Assembly (NCBI GenBank): GCA_963822965.1
Contig: CAWGJT010000006.1
Location: 576,001 to 640,000, forward strand
Origin: an uncultured delta proteobacterium
GTDB taxonomy: Bacteria; Myxococcota_A; UBA9160; UBA4427
Direction: 5' to 3'
DNA: 64,000 nucleotides
How positions within the stretch are numbered: the stretch's first letter is position 1; each line of letters opens with the position of its first letter. Below are positions 21,154-31,014 of the stretch, one piece after another. Position numbers and translations under genes: made by a program. The notes beneath the pieces are model-generated. The model saw only the letters and a program-made list of their open reading frames with translations. It was not told the origin of the DNA and ran no database searches.

Positions 21154-22656
21154 TCAGTCGGGCCCGGCACCCTCGCCTTCCTCGGAGCCGTCCGCTGCCT
21201 CCTCCACGTAGCCGATCTCGCGCAGGCGCTTGCGGATCTCGGGATCGACGGCCCGGGCCGGTACGTCCGCGTCGGGGGCGGCGTCCACGCCGATCTCCGC
21301 CGCCCGGGCCTGCAGCAGGGCGGCCACCTCCGGACGCTCCCCCAGCACGTCGGTCCGCTCCGCCGGGTCGCGACCCAGGTCGAAGAGCCGGTGCGGGGCG
21401 TCGTCCCGCGAGACGTACTTGAAGCGGCTGCCGGCCACGTCGGCGGTGAGCGCCCAGCGCGCCGCTCGGATCTGGGCGAGCACCGTGCCCCCGTCCGGCG
21501 GTGCGGCGTCGCCGGGCGCGGCACCGAGCAGCGCCGCCGCGTAGCTGCGGCCGGGCAGCGCGTCGGGCTCGGGCACCCCCGCCAGCTCCAGCAGGGTCGG
21601 CAGCACGTCGACGCTCTGCACCGGCGCGTCGATCACGCGACCGGCCGCGATGTGGCCGGGCCACCAGACGAGAAGCGGCACCCGCACCAGCTCCTCGTGG
21701 AGACGCCGGGAGTGGGAGAGGCCACCGTGCTCCTTGAACTCCTCGCCATGGTCGGACGTGACGACCACGATCGTGCCGGGGGTGCCCGGCCGGGGTGCGA
21801 GCCGTGCGAAGAGCCTCGAGAGCTGCACGTCGAGGAAGCGGATCTCCCCGTCGTAGAGCGCCTGCAGCCAGTCCAGCACGTCGGGAGGGACCGGCTTGTC
21901 CGCCCCGTCGTGGAAGTAGAGGTAGTCGGACGTGCCTTCGGGTCGCAGGCCCGCGAGCCCGGGATGCCAACGGCTCCGGAAGGGCTCGGGCGGCGCATAG
22001 GGCTGGTGCGGGTCGAAGTAATGCAGGAAGGCGAACCAGGGCTCCGGGGTCTGCTCCTGCCACGCGAGAAAGGCGTCGGTGAGCGCTTCGCTGCGGGCGT
22101 TCTTCACGAGCTCGTCGAAGCGCAGGAAGCGCTCGAAGCCCTGGTCGAAGCCCGTATCGCCCCGGAAGCGGACGGAGCTCGCGGCCCCGAAGGTGCGGTA
22201 GCCCGCCGCCGCGAAGCGCTCGGCCAGGGTGTTCTCGCTGGCGGCCACCGGGAGCCCCACGTGGTAGCTGCCGTGCTGGAACGGGTAGCGACCGGTGAAG
22301 AGCGACGCGTGGGTGGGCACGGTGCTGGACGACTGGGCGTAGGAGCTCGCGAAGCGGGCTCCGTCCTCCGCCAGGCGGGTGAGCGAGGGCGCCGTCTCCC
22401 GCCCGTAGCCGTAGGCGGCCAGATGATCGGCTCGCAGGGTGTCGATGGAGACCAGCAGCACGTTGGGCCGCGACGCGCGGCCGCAGCCCTGCGCGAGGAC
22501 CGAGCCCAGCACGAGCCCGAGAACGGCGAGCGCGGGCCAGACCCGTCGTCCCGCTTCCGCCCGTCCTCGCTCCCGGATCACCCGCCCCCCCGCTCTTCGG
22601 CCCGGCCAGTCTACCCGATCGCCGTGGGGGACATGCCCGGCCTCGGCCGATACCAT
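21154..22656 (-). CDS. Sulfatase-like hydrolase (alkaline phosphatase superfamily), probable lipoprotein; true start may be nearer 22581
   Basis: PNVLLVSIDTLRADHL, TVPTHASLFTG, HYFDPHQPY, YDGEI, TSDHGEEF, LREIGYV. Confidence 0.9.
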   Translation of the reverse strand: MVSAEAGHVPHGDRVDWPGRRAGGRVIRERGRAEAGRRVWPALAVLGLVLGSVLAQGCGRASRPNVLLVSIDTLRADHLAAYGYGRETAPSLTRLAEDGARFASSYAQSSSTVPTHASLFTGRYPFQHGSYHVGLPVAASENTLAERFAAAGYRTFGAASSVRFRGDTGFDQGFERFLRFDELVKNARSEALTDAFLAWQEQTPEPWFAFLHYFDPHQPYAPPEPFRSRWHPGLAGLRPEGTSDYLYFHDGADKPVPPDVLDWLQALYDGEIRFLDVQLSRLFARLAPRPGTPGTIVVVTSDHGEEFKEHGGLSHSRRLHEELVRVPLLVWWPGHIAAGRVIDAPVQSVDVLPTLLELAGVPEPDALPGRSYAAALLGAAPGDAAPPDGGTVLAQIRAARWALTADVAGSRFKYVSRDDAPHRLFDLGRDPAERTDVLGERPEVAALLQARAAEIGVDAAPDADVPARAVDPEIRKRLREIGYVEEAADGSEEGEGAGPD

Positions 22657-22667
22657 TGGCCCCGCCG

Positions 22668-24690
22668 ATGACCACGCCGCCGCAGCCGCCCGAGCCGGAT
22701 CCGAGCACCAGCGCTTCCGCGTCCTCCGGCGGAGGACCCTCCCGCAGCCTGGCGTACGCGGCCGTGCAGGTCGCCGTCGCGGGCTGGCTGGTGGCGTGCT
22801 CTCGCCTCCTCACGAGCGTGGAGCCCGACCTGGCCGGCCTGCTCGACGACGCCACCCTCGTCTGCCTCTACGCGGCGTTGCAGACGGTCCTGTTCGTGAA
22901 GCTGACCGGCGTGGGCTCGCGGGCGGGCGCCGGGCTCGCGGTGGCGACCGCGCTCGCGGCCCTCGTCTTCACCAACGAGGTCTTCTTCAGCTTCTTCCAC
23001 ACGAACCTGAGCTTCGCTTCGCTGCAGCTCGCAGGTATCGCGACGGCGGCGACGTCCTCGATCACCGACCTGCTCACGCCGGCGAACGTGGTGGGCCTGC
23101 TGCTGCTTCCGGTCGCCGTCGAGGCGGCGGCCCTGGTCCGCCTGGCGGCCCATCGCCGCGACCGGGACGCCACCCTCGCCTGGGGCCTCCTCTTCCTGGG
23201 GCTGCTGATCGCGGGACTCTGCGTCCGCGCTGCGCGAGCCGGTATTCCTGTTCAGCCAGAACAACCCCACCCTGGCCCTGGCGCGCGACGTCTCGACCCG
23301 CGCCCTGGCCGGGCTCGGCTTCACCCGGAATCGCGCCGAGAGCGGACAGGACGTCCTGTCCCTGCTGAACCGCGAGGGCTATCGCGCGTACACCCCCGCC
23401 GGCGGCGCCGAGCGGCCCCTGCTGCAGGAGCCTCTGCCCGGCACCGCCTCCGGCCCGGTGGCGGCAACGCCGCCCAACGTCGTCGTCATCCTGATGGAAT
23501 CGGTGCGCGGCTTCGAGATGCAGGGCGCGTCCCGCGCCCTGCCCGTCACCCCCGACCTGAACGCCCTCGAGTCGGAGAGCCTCCTCTTCCCCACGTTCTA
23601 CGCCAACGGCATGACCACGGTGGACGGCGAGTTCTCGCTGCTGTGCAGCGCGCTTCCCGTGGTCAACGAGGCGCCGGTCTACGTGCGCAAGCCCGACCTC
23701 GACATCCGCTGCCTGCCCGAGATCCTCCGGGAGAACGGCTACGAGACCCACTGGATCTCCGCCTACAAGTCGACCTACGCGAACAAGCGCCGCTTCCTGC
23801 TGCACCACGGGGTCGACCACGTCCACGACGAGGACGCCCTCGACCCCGGCGCCGCCAGGCACCCGCAGGTCGGGTGGGGAATGGGCGACGTGGACATGTT
23901 CGCCCAGGCGGTCGACATGATGGACGGCTTCCGACGGCCGTTCTTCGTCGAGGTGATGACCCTCTCGAACCACCACCCGTTCGACCACGACTACGATCTC
24001 GACTTTCCGGCCTCGTTCGACTCCGTGCGAGGGAACCTCCACTACCACAACTATCTGAAGGGCATGTACTACACGGACCACGCCATCGGCGGGTTCCTGG
24101 CGGCGGCCCGGGAGCGACCGTGGTTCGCCAACACGATCTTCGTCATCCTGGGCGACCACGCGGTGCGCGCCTTTCCCGACGGCCCGGGAGGCGAGTCCCT
24201 CGGCCCGGTGCTCGAGACGGAGATCTACTTCCGCGGCCGTCTCCAGATCTACGCGCCGGCGCTCCTCACGCCGGCGCGCATCGACGTCGTGGGCAGCCAG
24301 ATCGACGTCGCGCCCACCCTGCTCGACCTGCTGGGCATCCGCACGCCCAACAGCTTCCTCGGGGTGAGCCTGCTGGCCGACGTCCCCCCCGAGCGTCGCT
24401 TCGCGCTCATGAACATCGGGCACCTGTTCAACATCCGCAGCGGTCACGACTACTGCTATTCGGTGGGCTACACGTGCTTTCGCAAGGTCTTCCCGCGTTG
24501 CCCGACGGGTGTCGAGCCCAGCTCCGCGGGGCACACGTGCTTCGAGCTCGATGGAGACCTGCTGGCCGGAGCTCGAGACCCCGGGAGCCTGCGGACCCTC
24601 GACCCGCTGGAGCGGGCGCGGACCCTCGACCGTGCCCAGCGCGTGATGGACCTGAACGCGCGACTGATCGAGGAAGACCGCTTTCGCTAG
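22668..24690 (+). CDS. LTA synthase (LtaS/MdoB-like) family membrane protein, frameshifted near 23220
   Basis: Multi-TM N-terminus (ORF 22656 frame) continues after +1 into ASALREPVFLFSQNNP...PNVVVILMES...TTVDGEFS...TLSNHHPF...YTDHAIG..NTIFVILGDH...SQIDVAPT. Confidence 0.82.
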
Positions 24691-24698
24691 GGGTGCGA

Positions 24699-25370
24699 TC
24701 ACTCGCGCGTGACGAAGCGAGCCCCTCCGCGGTAGTGGATGAAGGGAGCACCCGGCAGGGGAGCACCGCCGAGGCGGGCCGCCACCTCCCGCAGGACGTC
24801 CGCGGTCACCTCGATGATCTCGAGCTCGAGCGCCCGGGGAATCGGCAGCCACGCGAGATCGAGCAGCTCTCCGTTGCTGCGCAGCCCCCCGGAGAGCTCC
24901 CCGGCGTCCGTGAGGAAGAAGCGCGCGTGGTAGCGAATCGGGTTGGTCGCCGGCGTGATGGCCCGGCCCACGTACTCGAGGCGTGCGAGATCGGGACGCA
25001 GCCCGTGCTCGGGGTCGGGCTCGCCCAGCAGGAGTCCCGTCTCCTCCCAGGTCTCGCGAATGGCGGCCACCGCCAGGGCCCGGGCGCGCGCAGGGGCGGT
25101 CGTGGCGTGCAGGCGGGCGGCGACGTGGGGCCGCAGCTCGCTCGCCGCCGGGTGCGCGGCGTCCGTGGGGTCCACCCGGCCGCCGGGAAACACGTAGACG
25201 TCGGGCATGAAGCGGTCGCGCGCCGGACGCCGGCCCATCAGCACCTCGGCGTCGCGACCGCGGCCTCGGGCCACCACCAGCGTGGCGGCATCCCGGGGTC
25301 GCGAACGGGTCGCCCCACCGCGCGGTCCGGAACGCCCTCCGGACCCGGCGCGCCTCCGGTCTACGCTCAC
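24699..25370 (-). CDS. NUDIX hydrolase
   Basis: PRDAATL...FMPDVYVFPGGRVD...AAIRETWEETG; GTGA overlap with the upstream gene stop. Confidence 0.9.
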   Translation of the reverse strand: MSVDRRRAGSGGRSGPRGGATRSRPRDAATLVVARGRGRDAEVLMGRRPARDRFMPDVYVFPGGRVDPTDAAHPAASELRPHVAARLHATTAPARARALAVAAIRETWEETGLLLGEPDPEHGLRPDLARLEYVGRAITPATNPIRYHARFFLTDAGELSGGLRSNGELLDLAWLPIPRALELEIIEVTADVLREVAARLGGAPLPGAPFIHYRGGARFVTRE

Positions 25371-25798
25371 GCGGCAGCGGTACGGTGCGGCTCGTAGCTC
25401 CGCGGCGCACCCACACGCCGCTCCTGCCGCACCCCGTCGAGAGGCCGCTCGAGGAGCGACTCCCAATCCACCGCGGGCAGGAAGGCCGCGTCGCGACCGC
25501 GCGACGAGGCGTCGCGCCGGAAGTCACCGATCGCCTCGTTGCCGCCGCGACACAGGTTGCGGGCACCCTGGGGATCCCGCCGCACGCGCCGCAGCAGCCG
25601 CTCGAAGCGGCTCCCCGAGAGCGCGCGGATCGCCACGAACACCTGCTCGGTGTCGTCGGGGTTCCGGATCAGGCGCTGGAAGGCGCGGCGGGCCGCCAGC
25701 GGGCGCACCCTGCGGTCCCAGCGGGCGCGCGGGGCCGCACGCCAGCGCGCGACGGGCCGGGCACGAGACTTCGCTGCCGCGGCCGGGGCATCCATCAT
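25367..25798 (-). pseudogene. Internally deleted Coq4-family protein remnant
   Basis: N-terminal RPLAARRAFQRLIRNPDDTEQVFVAIRALSG and C-terminal RGRDAAFLPAVDWESLLERPLDGVR resemble bacterial Coq4 ends; central HDxxH region absent; only 143 aa. Confidence 0.6.
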
Positions 25799-25829
25799 CG
25801 GGCCAGAGTCGCGGCTCGACGAGACGGCG

Positions 25830-26618
25830 TCAACCGCCGCCGGATCGGCGCGACACGGTACCCGCGGCATCCCGCGCGGCCCGCAGGTCGCGGGCGACGC
25901 CGCGTGCCAGGGTCCCCGAATCGCTCGTCACCGTGATCAGGCGATAGCCCGTCTCCACGTGCTTGCCGGCCAGCTCGGCGTTGGCATGGATGCCCGCCGG
26001 AATGCCCGCGCGCGCGCAGGCCTCTGCGATCCGCCGATACCCGGCCTGGTAGGGATCCGGATTGTCCGCGGCGGGCGGCATCCCCAGTGCGAGGCTCAGG
26101 TCGTTGGGCCCCACGTAGACCGCGTCCACCCCGGGCACCGCGAGAATGTCGTCCAGCGCCTCGAGCGCAGCGCGCGTCTCGATCATCGGGATGCAGAGGA
26201 CCTCTTCGTTCGCGTGCCGCGCGTAGTCCGGGCCTGCGACCCACGCCGCCCGGTGGGGGCCGAAGCTGCGCGCGCCCGCGGGCGGATAGCGCGAGGCCGA
26301 CACCGCCCTGTGCACGTCGTCGGGCGTCTCGATCAGGGGCACGACGATTCCCAGGGCGCCGGCATCGAGCGCCCGCCCGATGGCCGCGAAGTCGTTGGCG
26401 GGCACGCGCACCCACGGCACCGAGCCCGCAGCGTGGATGGCGAGGAGCATCTCGGCGGCGGCCGCGTAGTCGATCAGGCCGTGCTGCAGGTCGACGCACA
26501 CGTAGTCGAAGCCCTGGTGGCTCACGATCTCCGCCGCGTACGAGCTGGCGATGCCGAGCCAGGCGCCGAAGCAGGGCTCGCCGGCGGCCAGACGCTCTTT
26601 CAGGGGACGACTCGTCAT
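25830..26618 (-). CDS. HpcH/HpaI aldolase family protein
   Basis: GFDYVCVDLQHG, RALDAGALG, RYPPAGARSFG, MIET, VGPNDLS. Confidence 0.92.
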   Translation of the reverse strand: MTSRPLKERLAAGEPCFGAWLGIASSYAAEIVSHQGFDYVCVDLQHGLIDYAAAAEMLLAIHAAGSVPWVRVPANDFAAIGRALDAGALGIVVPLIETPDDVHRAVSASRYPPAGARSFGPHRAAWVAGPDYARHANEEVLCIPMIETRAALEALDDILAVPGVDAVYVGPNDLSLALGMPPAADNPDPYQAGYRRIAEACARAGIPAGIHANAELAGKHVETGYRLITVTSDSGTLARGVARDLRAARDAAGTVSRRSGGG

Positions 26619-26623
26619 CCGTG

Positions 26624-28690
26624 CTACTCCCGCCCCGTCTCGCCCGGCAGGCGCAGGGCCACCAGCGCCGCCGGCTGCTCGCGGTCGCCCACGGAGAAGA
26701 CGATCCACTGGTGGCCCTGGTGGAGATAGGTCATCGGGCAGCCGCGGACCTTGCCGGGCACCCGCAGATGGCCCACGAGCGCGCCGGTCGCCTTGTCGAA
26801 CGCATAGAAGAGCGGCTCGGCGGGGTCCGTGTCGCGGTGCTTCGGCAGCAGCATGTGCGCGCCCTCCCCCGCCATCACCAGGGTGCGGGTCGCCAGGACA
26901 CAGGTCGGAGCCCCGGAGCCGAGAGGCGGGAGATCGAGGTCACGCAGGCGCGGATGGTTCCGCGGTCCGTCGCCCACCGGCACCTGCCACGCGAGGGTGC
27001 CTCGGTCGAGATCGATGGCCGTCAGGGTCGAGTAGGGAGGCTTCACCAGGGGCAGACTCTCGGCGGTGTAACGTCCGTCGGGCACCCAGACCGGATCCGC
27101 CCGGTCGGTGACGAAGCGGAAGCCCTCCCCGGCGCTCCCTTCACCGGGCTCCTCCCCCGGCTTGACCGACAGGACCATCGGCTTCCGGATGGACGGCACG
27201 AAGAGCATGCGGGCCTCGGGGTCGTACGCCGCTCCCCGCCAGTTCGAGCCGCCGACGGTTCCGGGCAGCGCGATGGTGCCCTGCCGCGAGGGCGGCGTGA
27301 AGAGCGGGCCGGTGCGGTAGCGGCGGAATACCGCCAGCGCCTCCGCGCGAAGCTCCGGCGTGAAGTCGATGAGGTTTTCCTCGAGCGCTCCCTGCAGCTC
27401 GAAGGGCGGCGGCTTCGTGGGAAAGGGCTGTGTGGGCGAAGCCCGTTCGCCAGGCACGTCGGAGGCGGGAACCGGCCGCTCCTCGATGGGCCAGACGGGC
27501 TCGCCCGTGGCGCGGTCGAACACGAACGTGAAGCCGTGCTTCGTGACCTGGGCGACCGCAGCGATCGTCCGGCCCGCGACCCGGGCCTCCACCAGGTTGG
27601 CGGGAGCACCGGGATCGTAATCCCACAGACCGTGGTGGACGAGCTGCCGGTACCAGCGCAGGGCGCCGGTGCGAGCGTCCAGGGCCACGAGGCTCTCACC
27701 GTAGAGCCCGTCGCCGGGGCGATGACCGCCGTAGAAGTCGTTCGTGGGCGACGAGGTGGTGAGGAAGACGGTGTCCGTCTCCACGTCCGCCGTGATGGGA
27801 CCCCACACGTTGGCGGCCCCGTTGTCCCGCCACGAGTCGGCGCCCCACGTCTCGTGCCCCGCCTCGTCGCCCGCCGGCACCGTGTGGAACGTCCACCGCG
27901 GCTGTCCGGTGCGGGCGTCGTACGCGCGCACGTCACCCGGCAGCGCAGGACGCCGCAGGGGCCGGTCGTCGATGCTGCTGCCGACGATCACCGTGTCGCC
28001 GGCGATCGCCGGCGGAGAGGACTGGAAGTAGTCGGTGAGACGCGTCACGGGCTTCGGGCCGCGCAGCCCCGCCAGCAGATCCACCCGTCCCGCCTCGCCG
28101 AACCCGGGGATGGGCTTCCCGGTGCGCGCGTCGAGGGCCAGCAGGAAGCCGTCGAGGGTGGTCATGAAGATGCGCGAATCGCCCGGGTCGTCGCGATCGT
28201 GCCACCATGCCACCCCCCGGTGCTTGGAGAAGAGGAAGGTGAGCGGGCTGGTGCGGAACCGGTAGCTCTCGGGGTCGTACACCCAGCGGGGCGCGCCGGT
28301 GCCGGCGTCGAGCGCGAAGACCTGCCCGAGGGACGTGCTGCCGTAGAGCACGCCATCGACCATGAGCGGCGTCACCTGGAAGTCCGCCAGGTCGATCGGA
28401 AAGCGCTGCTTGCGGGGGAGCTTCGCGATCTCGGCCGCCAGCGGGACGTCGGGCGACTCGCTCACCCAGGCGACCTCGAGCCGCTGGAAGTTGCCGGCGT
28501 CGATCTCCGCCAGGGGCGAGTACTTGCTGCCGCCGGGATCTCCGCCGTAGCTGCGCCACTGCCCGTCCTCGGTGCCGAATCGCGGCGCGACGTCCGACTC
28601 GGGCCGGCGGTCGCATCCCCATGCGAGCGCTCCGCCGACGAGGAGCGGCAGCACGAGCGCGCGCGGGGTCGTTCGGATCCGGTGCTTCAA
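26624..28690 (-). CDS. PQQ-dependent dehydrogenase (glucose/quinate family), lipoprotein-like
   Basis: WRSYGGDPGGSKYSPL, FQVTPL, HRGVAWW, DFYGGHRPGD, QLVHHGLWDYD, PIEERPVP, SPTQPFP. Confidence 0.93.
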   Translation of the reverse strand: MKHRIRTTPRALVLPLLVGGALAWGCDRRPESDVAPRFGTEDGQWRSYGGDPGGSKYSPLAEIDAGNFQRLEVAWVSESPDVPLAAEIAKLPRKQRFPIDLADFQVTPLMVDGVLYGSTSLGQVFALDAGTGAPRWVYDPESYRFRTSPLTFLFSKHRGVAWWHDRDDPGDSRIFMTTLDGFLLALDARTGKPIPGFGEAGRVDLLAGLRGPKPVTRLTDYFQSSPPAIAGDTVIVGSSIDDRPLRRPALPGDVRAYDARTGQPRWTFHTVPAGDEAGHETWGADSWRDNGAANVWGPITADVETDTVFLTTSSPTNDFYGGHRPGDGLYGESLVALDARTGALRWYRQLVHHGLWDYDPGAPANLVEARVAGRTIAAVAQVTKHGFTFVFDRATGEPVWPIEERPVPASDVPGERASPTQPFPTKPPPFELQGALEENLIDFTPELRAEALAVFRRYRTGPLFTPPSRQGTIALPGTVGGSNWRGAAYDPEARMLFVPSIRKPMVLSVKPGEEPGEGSAGEGFRFVTDRADPVWVPDGRYTAESLPLVKPPYSTLTAIDLDRGTLAWQVPVGDGPRNHPRLRDLDLPPLGSGAPTCVLATRTLVMAGEGAHMLLPKHRDTDPAEPLFYAFDKATGALVGHLRVPGKVRGCPMTYLHQGHQWIVFSVGDREQPAALVALRLPGETGRE

Positions 28691-29673
28691 CGGGGCAGCA
28701 ACGCGGCCTTTCCCGCCAGCCGCCGCTCGATCAGGTCCGTCAGGACGGCGCCCGCCTCTTCCAGCGGATGCACGCTCGGGACCGTCGGCCGCAGTCGGCC
28801 GTCCTCGATCATGCCCGTGAGGTCGGCCAGCAGGGTCTCGTTGAGATCGCGCTGGCGCGCGGAGGTTCCGCCCCAGTCGACGCCCACCACCTGACAGCTC
28901 TTGAGCAGGACGAGATTGGCGCGGAAGCTGGGGATCTGGCCGCTCGCGAAGCCGATCACCAGATAGCGTCCGCCCGGGGCGAGGGCGCGCAGTGCCGGCT
29001 CGGCGAGCACACCGCCCACCGGGTCGTAGACGACGTCGACGCCGCCGTCCGAGAGCTCCTTGGCGCGCAGCTTGAGCTCATCGGGTCCCGAGGAGCCACC
29101 GTACGGGATCGTCGCGTCGGCGCCTCGCTCGCGACAGCGGGCGAGCTTCTCCTCCGAGGACGCGGCGGCGATCACTCGGGCGCCCCGAGCCTTCGCGACG
29201 TCGATCGCCGCGAGGCCCACGCCGCCCGCGGCGCCCAGCACGAGCACCGTCTCTCCCGGACGCAGGTCTCCGCGACGATCCAGGGCGAAGAGCGCGGTGC
29301 AGTAGCTCTGGACGAAGCAGGCGGCGGTTGCCGGATCGAGCCCCTTCGGAATCGGCAGCAGCGCCCCGGCGCGCACGACGACCTGGGAAGCGAACCCGCC
29401 GACTCCCGTCAGAGCGACCACCGCGTCCCCCGGCGCGACGCCCTGCACGCCGGCACCCAGCCGGGCGACGCGACCCGCCACCTCGCTGCCGGGCACGAAC
29501 GGGGGCGCGGGCTTGATCTGGTAGAGCCCCTGCACCATCAGCGCGTCGACGAAGTTGACGCCGCAGGCCGCGACGTCCACGAGCACCTGGCCGGGCCCGG
29601 GCTCGAGGTCGTCGCGCTCTTCCACCTTCAGGCCCGCCGGCGGACCCAGCTCGTGGCAGACGACGGCGCGCAT
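28687..29673 (-). CDS. NADPH:quinone oxidoreductase family (zinc-free MDR)
   Basis: MRAVVCHELG, GVNFVD, PFVPGSE, GAAGGVG, VDVVYDPVGG, GFASG; TGATG overlap with the upstream stop. Confidence 0.92.
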   Translation of the reverse strand: MRAVVCHELGPPAGLKVEERDDLEPGPGQVLVDVAACGVNFVDALMVQGLYQIKPAPPFVPGSEVAGRVARLGAGVQGVAPGDAVVALTGVGGFASQVVVRAGALLPIPKGLDPATAACFVQSYCTALFALDRRGDLRPGETVLVLGAAGGVGLAAIDVAKARGARVIAAASSEEKLARCRERGADATIPYGGSSGPDELKLRAKELSDGGVDVVYDPVGGVLAEPALRALAPGGRYLVIGFASGQIPSFRANLVLLKSCQVVGVDWGGTSARQRDLNETLLADLTGMIEDGRLRPTVPSVHPLEEAGAVLTDLIERRLAGKAALLPR

Positions 29674-30716
29674 CAGACGAACCTCCTCGTGAGCCAGTCG
29701 ACGACGATCTCGTTCAGCCTTTCGGGCTTCTCCTGCTGGGTCCAGTGCCCGCAGCCCTGGATCTGCGTGATCTCCAGATCGCCGCAGATGGCGGGCATTC
29801 CCGCGGCCAGCTCGGGCCGCAGCGCCACGTCCCACTCGGCCGTCACCATCAGGCAGGGCAGCGCGAGCTTCTGCGACCCGATCTCGGGGAAGAGCTGCGC
29901 GTTGCGGTCGATGTTGCGGTACCAGTTGATGCCGCCCCGGAAGCCCGTGCGCTCGAAGGCGCGCACGTACACGTCCAGCTCGTCGTCGTCGAGCAGGGGC
30001 TCGCCCAGCTCGGGAATCTCGTCCAGCCGGCGAAACGGGTTCGCGTCGAGCTCGCCGCCCGCCATCGCGCGCTCGGCCAGGCCGCCGGGCTCGGGCTCGA
30101 AGCCCCGGCGCATGAGCTTGCGGAAGAGCAGGTCCACCCGCGCATCGAGCACGCCTTCCGCCACGCCAGGCTGCTGGAACCAGAGCACGTAGAGCTTCTC
30201 TTCGTCGGGCACCGCCAGGCGCATCATCGCCGTGGGCGGAAACGGCATGTTCGGCGTGTTGACGCCGATCACCCCCGCCGTGCGCTCGGGGTGGGCGACG
30301 GGCATTCCCCAGGCGACGAAGCCCCCCCAGTCGTGACCCGCGACCACGGCCCTCTCGATCTCGAGGGCGTCCAACAGCCGCACGACGTCGCCCATCAGGT
30401 GCTCGAGCGAGTAGTGCTCGATCGCCTCGGGACGATCGCTCGCCCCGTAGCCCCGCATGTCCGGCGCGACGACCCGGAAGCCCGCCGCCGCGAGCGCCGG
30501 AATCTGGTGCCGCCACGAGAAGGCGAGCTCGGGAAAGCCGTGGCAGAGCACCACTGCCGGGCCGTCCTTCGGCCCGGCTTCGTGGACCGAGAGCGCGATC
30601 GGATCGAGGGAGGCCCCTCGCGCACCGACGCCCGCCGGCAGCTGGATGCTGCGCGCCGGCGGCATGGTGGCGCCCACCGGCGGGGCGCCGGTCCGGGAAC
30701 GAGGCTCCTGGGTCAT
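29673..30716 (-). CDS. Alpha/beta hydrolase, epoxide hydrolase type
   Basis: HGFPELAFSWRHQ, PDMRGYG, GHDWGG, INWYRN, GHWTQQE. Confidence 0.92.
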   Translation of the reverse strand: MTQEPRSRTGAPPVGATMPPARSIQLPAGVGARGASLDPIALSVHEAGPKDGPAVVLCHGFPELAFSWRHQIPALAAAGFRVVAPDMRGYGASDRPEAIEHYSLEHLMGDVVRLLDALEIERAVVAGHDWGGFVAWGMPVAHPERTAGVIGVNTPNMPFPPTAMMRLAVPDEEKLYVLWFQQPGVAEGVLDARVDLLFRKLMRRGFEPEPGGLAERAMAGGELDANPFRRLDEIPELGEPLLDDDELDVYVRAFERTGFRGGINWYRNIDRNAQLFPEIGSQKLALPCLMVTAEWDVALRPELAAGMPAICGDLEITQIQGCGHWTQQEKPERLNEIVVDWLTRRFV

Positions 30717-30818
30717 CGTGTCACTCCGTGCAGGCCCCAGAGGAGCGCCCAACGATACCCCACTGCGATCTGCGCGGTGGCGGAACCGCGACCCACGACC
30801 TCGTCTTGGATCAGGCTC

Positions 30819-31014
30819 CTAGTGTCCTGAGTCAGAAGTTCGGCGTCGGACTTGCTCGATGGCAGCAGGTCTCGATCGCACCGAGGCCGCGCGTGCGGCC
30901 CGCCGACAAGGCACGCGACCGAGGCGTAGCCGAGCTACGGTGACGGGAGCGCAACGCAGCCGGCGGGTCGCACGGGCGGCCGAATGCCGGCGAACTTCTG
31001 ACTCAGGACACTAG
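30819..31014. mobile_element. 196-bp MITE-like element with perfect 24-bp terminal inverted repeats, bounded by CTAG at both ends
   Basis: CTAGTGTCCTGAGTCAGAAGTTCG (30819-30842) is the exact reverse complement of 30991-31014; internal 21-bp IR 30885-30905/30961-30981 and hairpin CGTAGC-CGA-GCTACG; no coding capacity. Confidence 0.8.
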
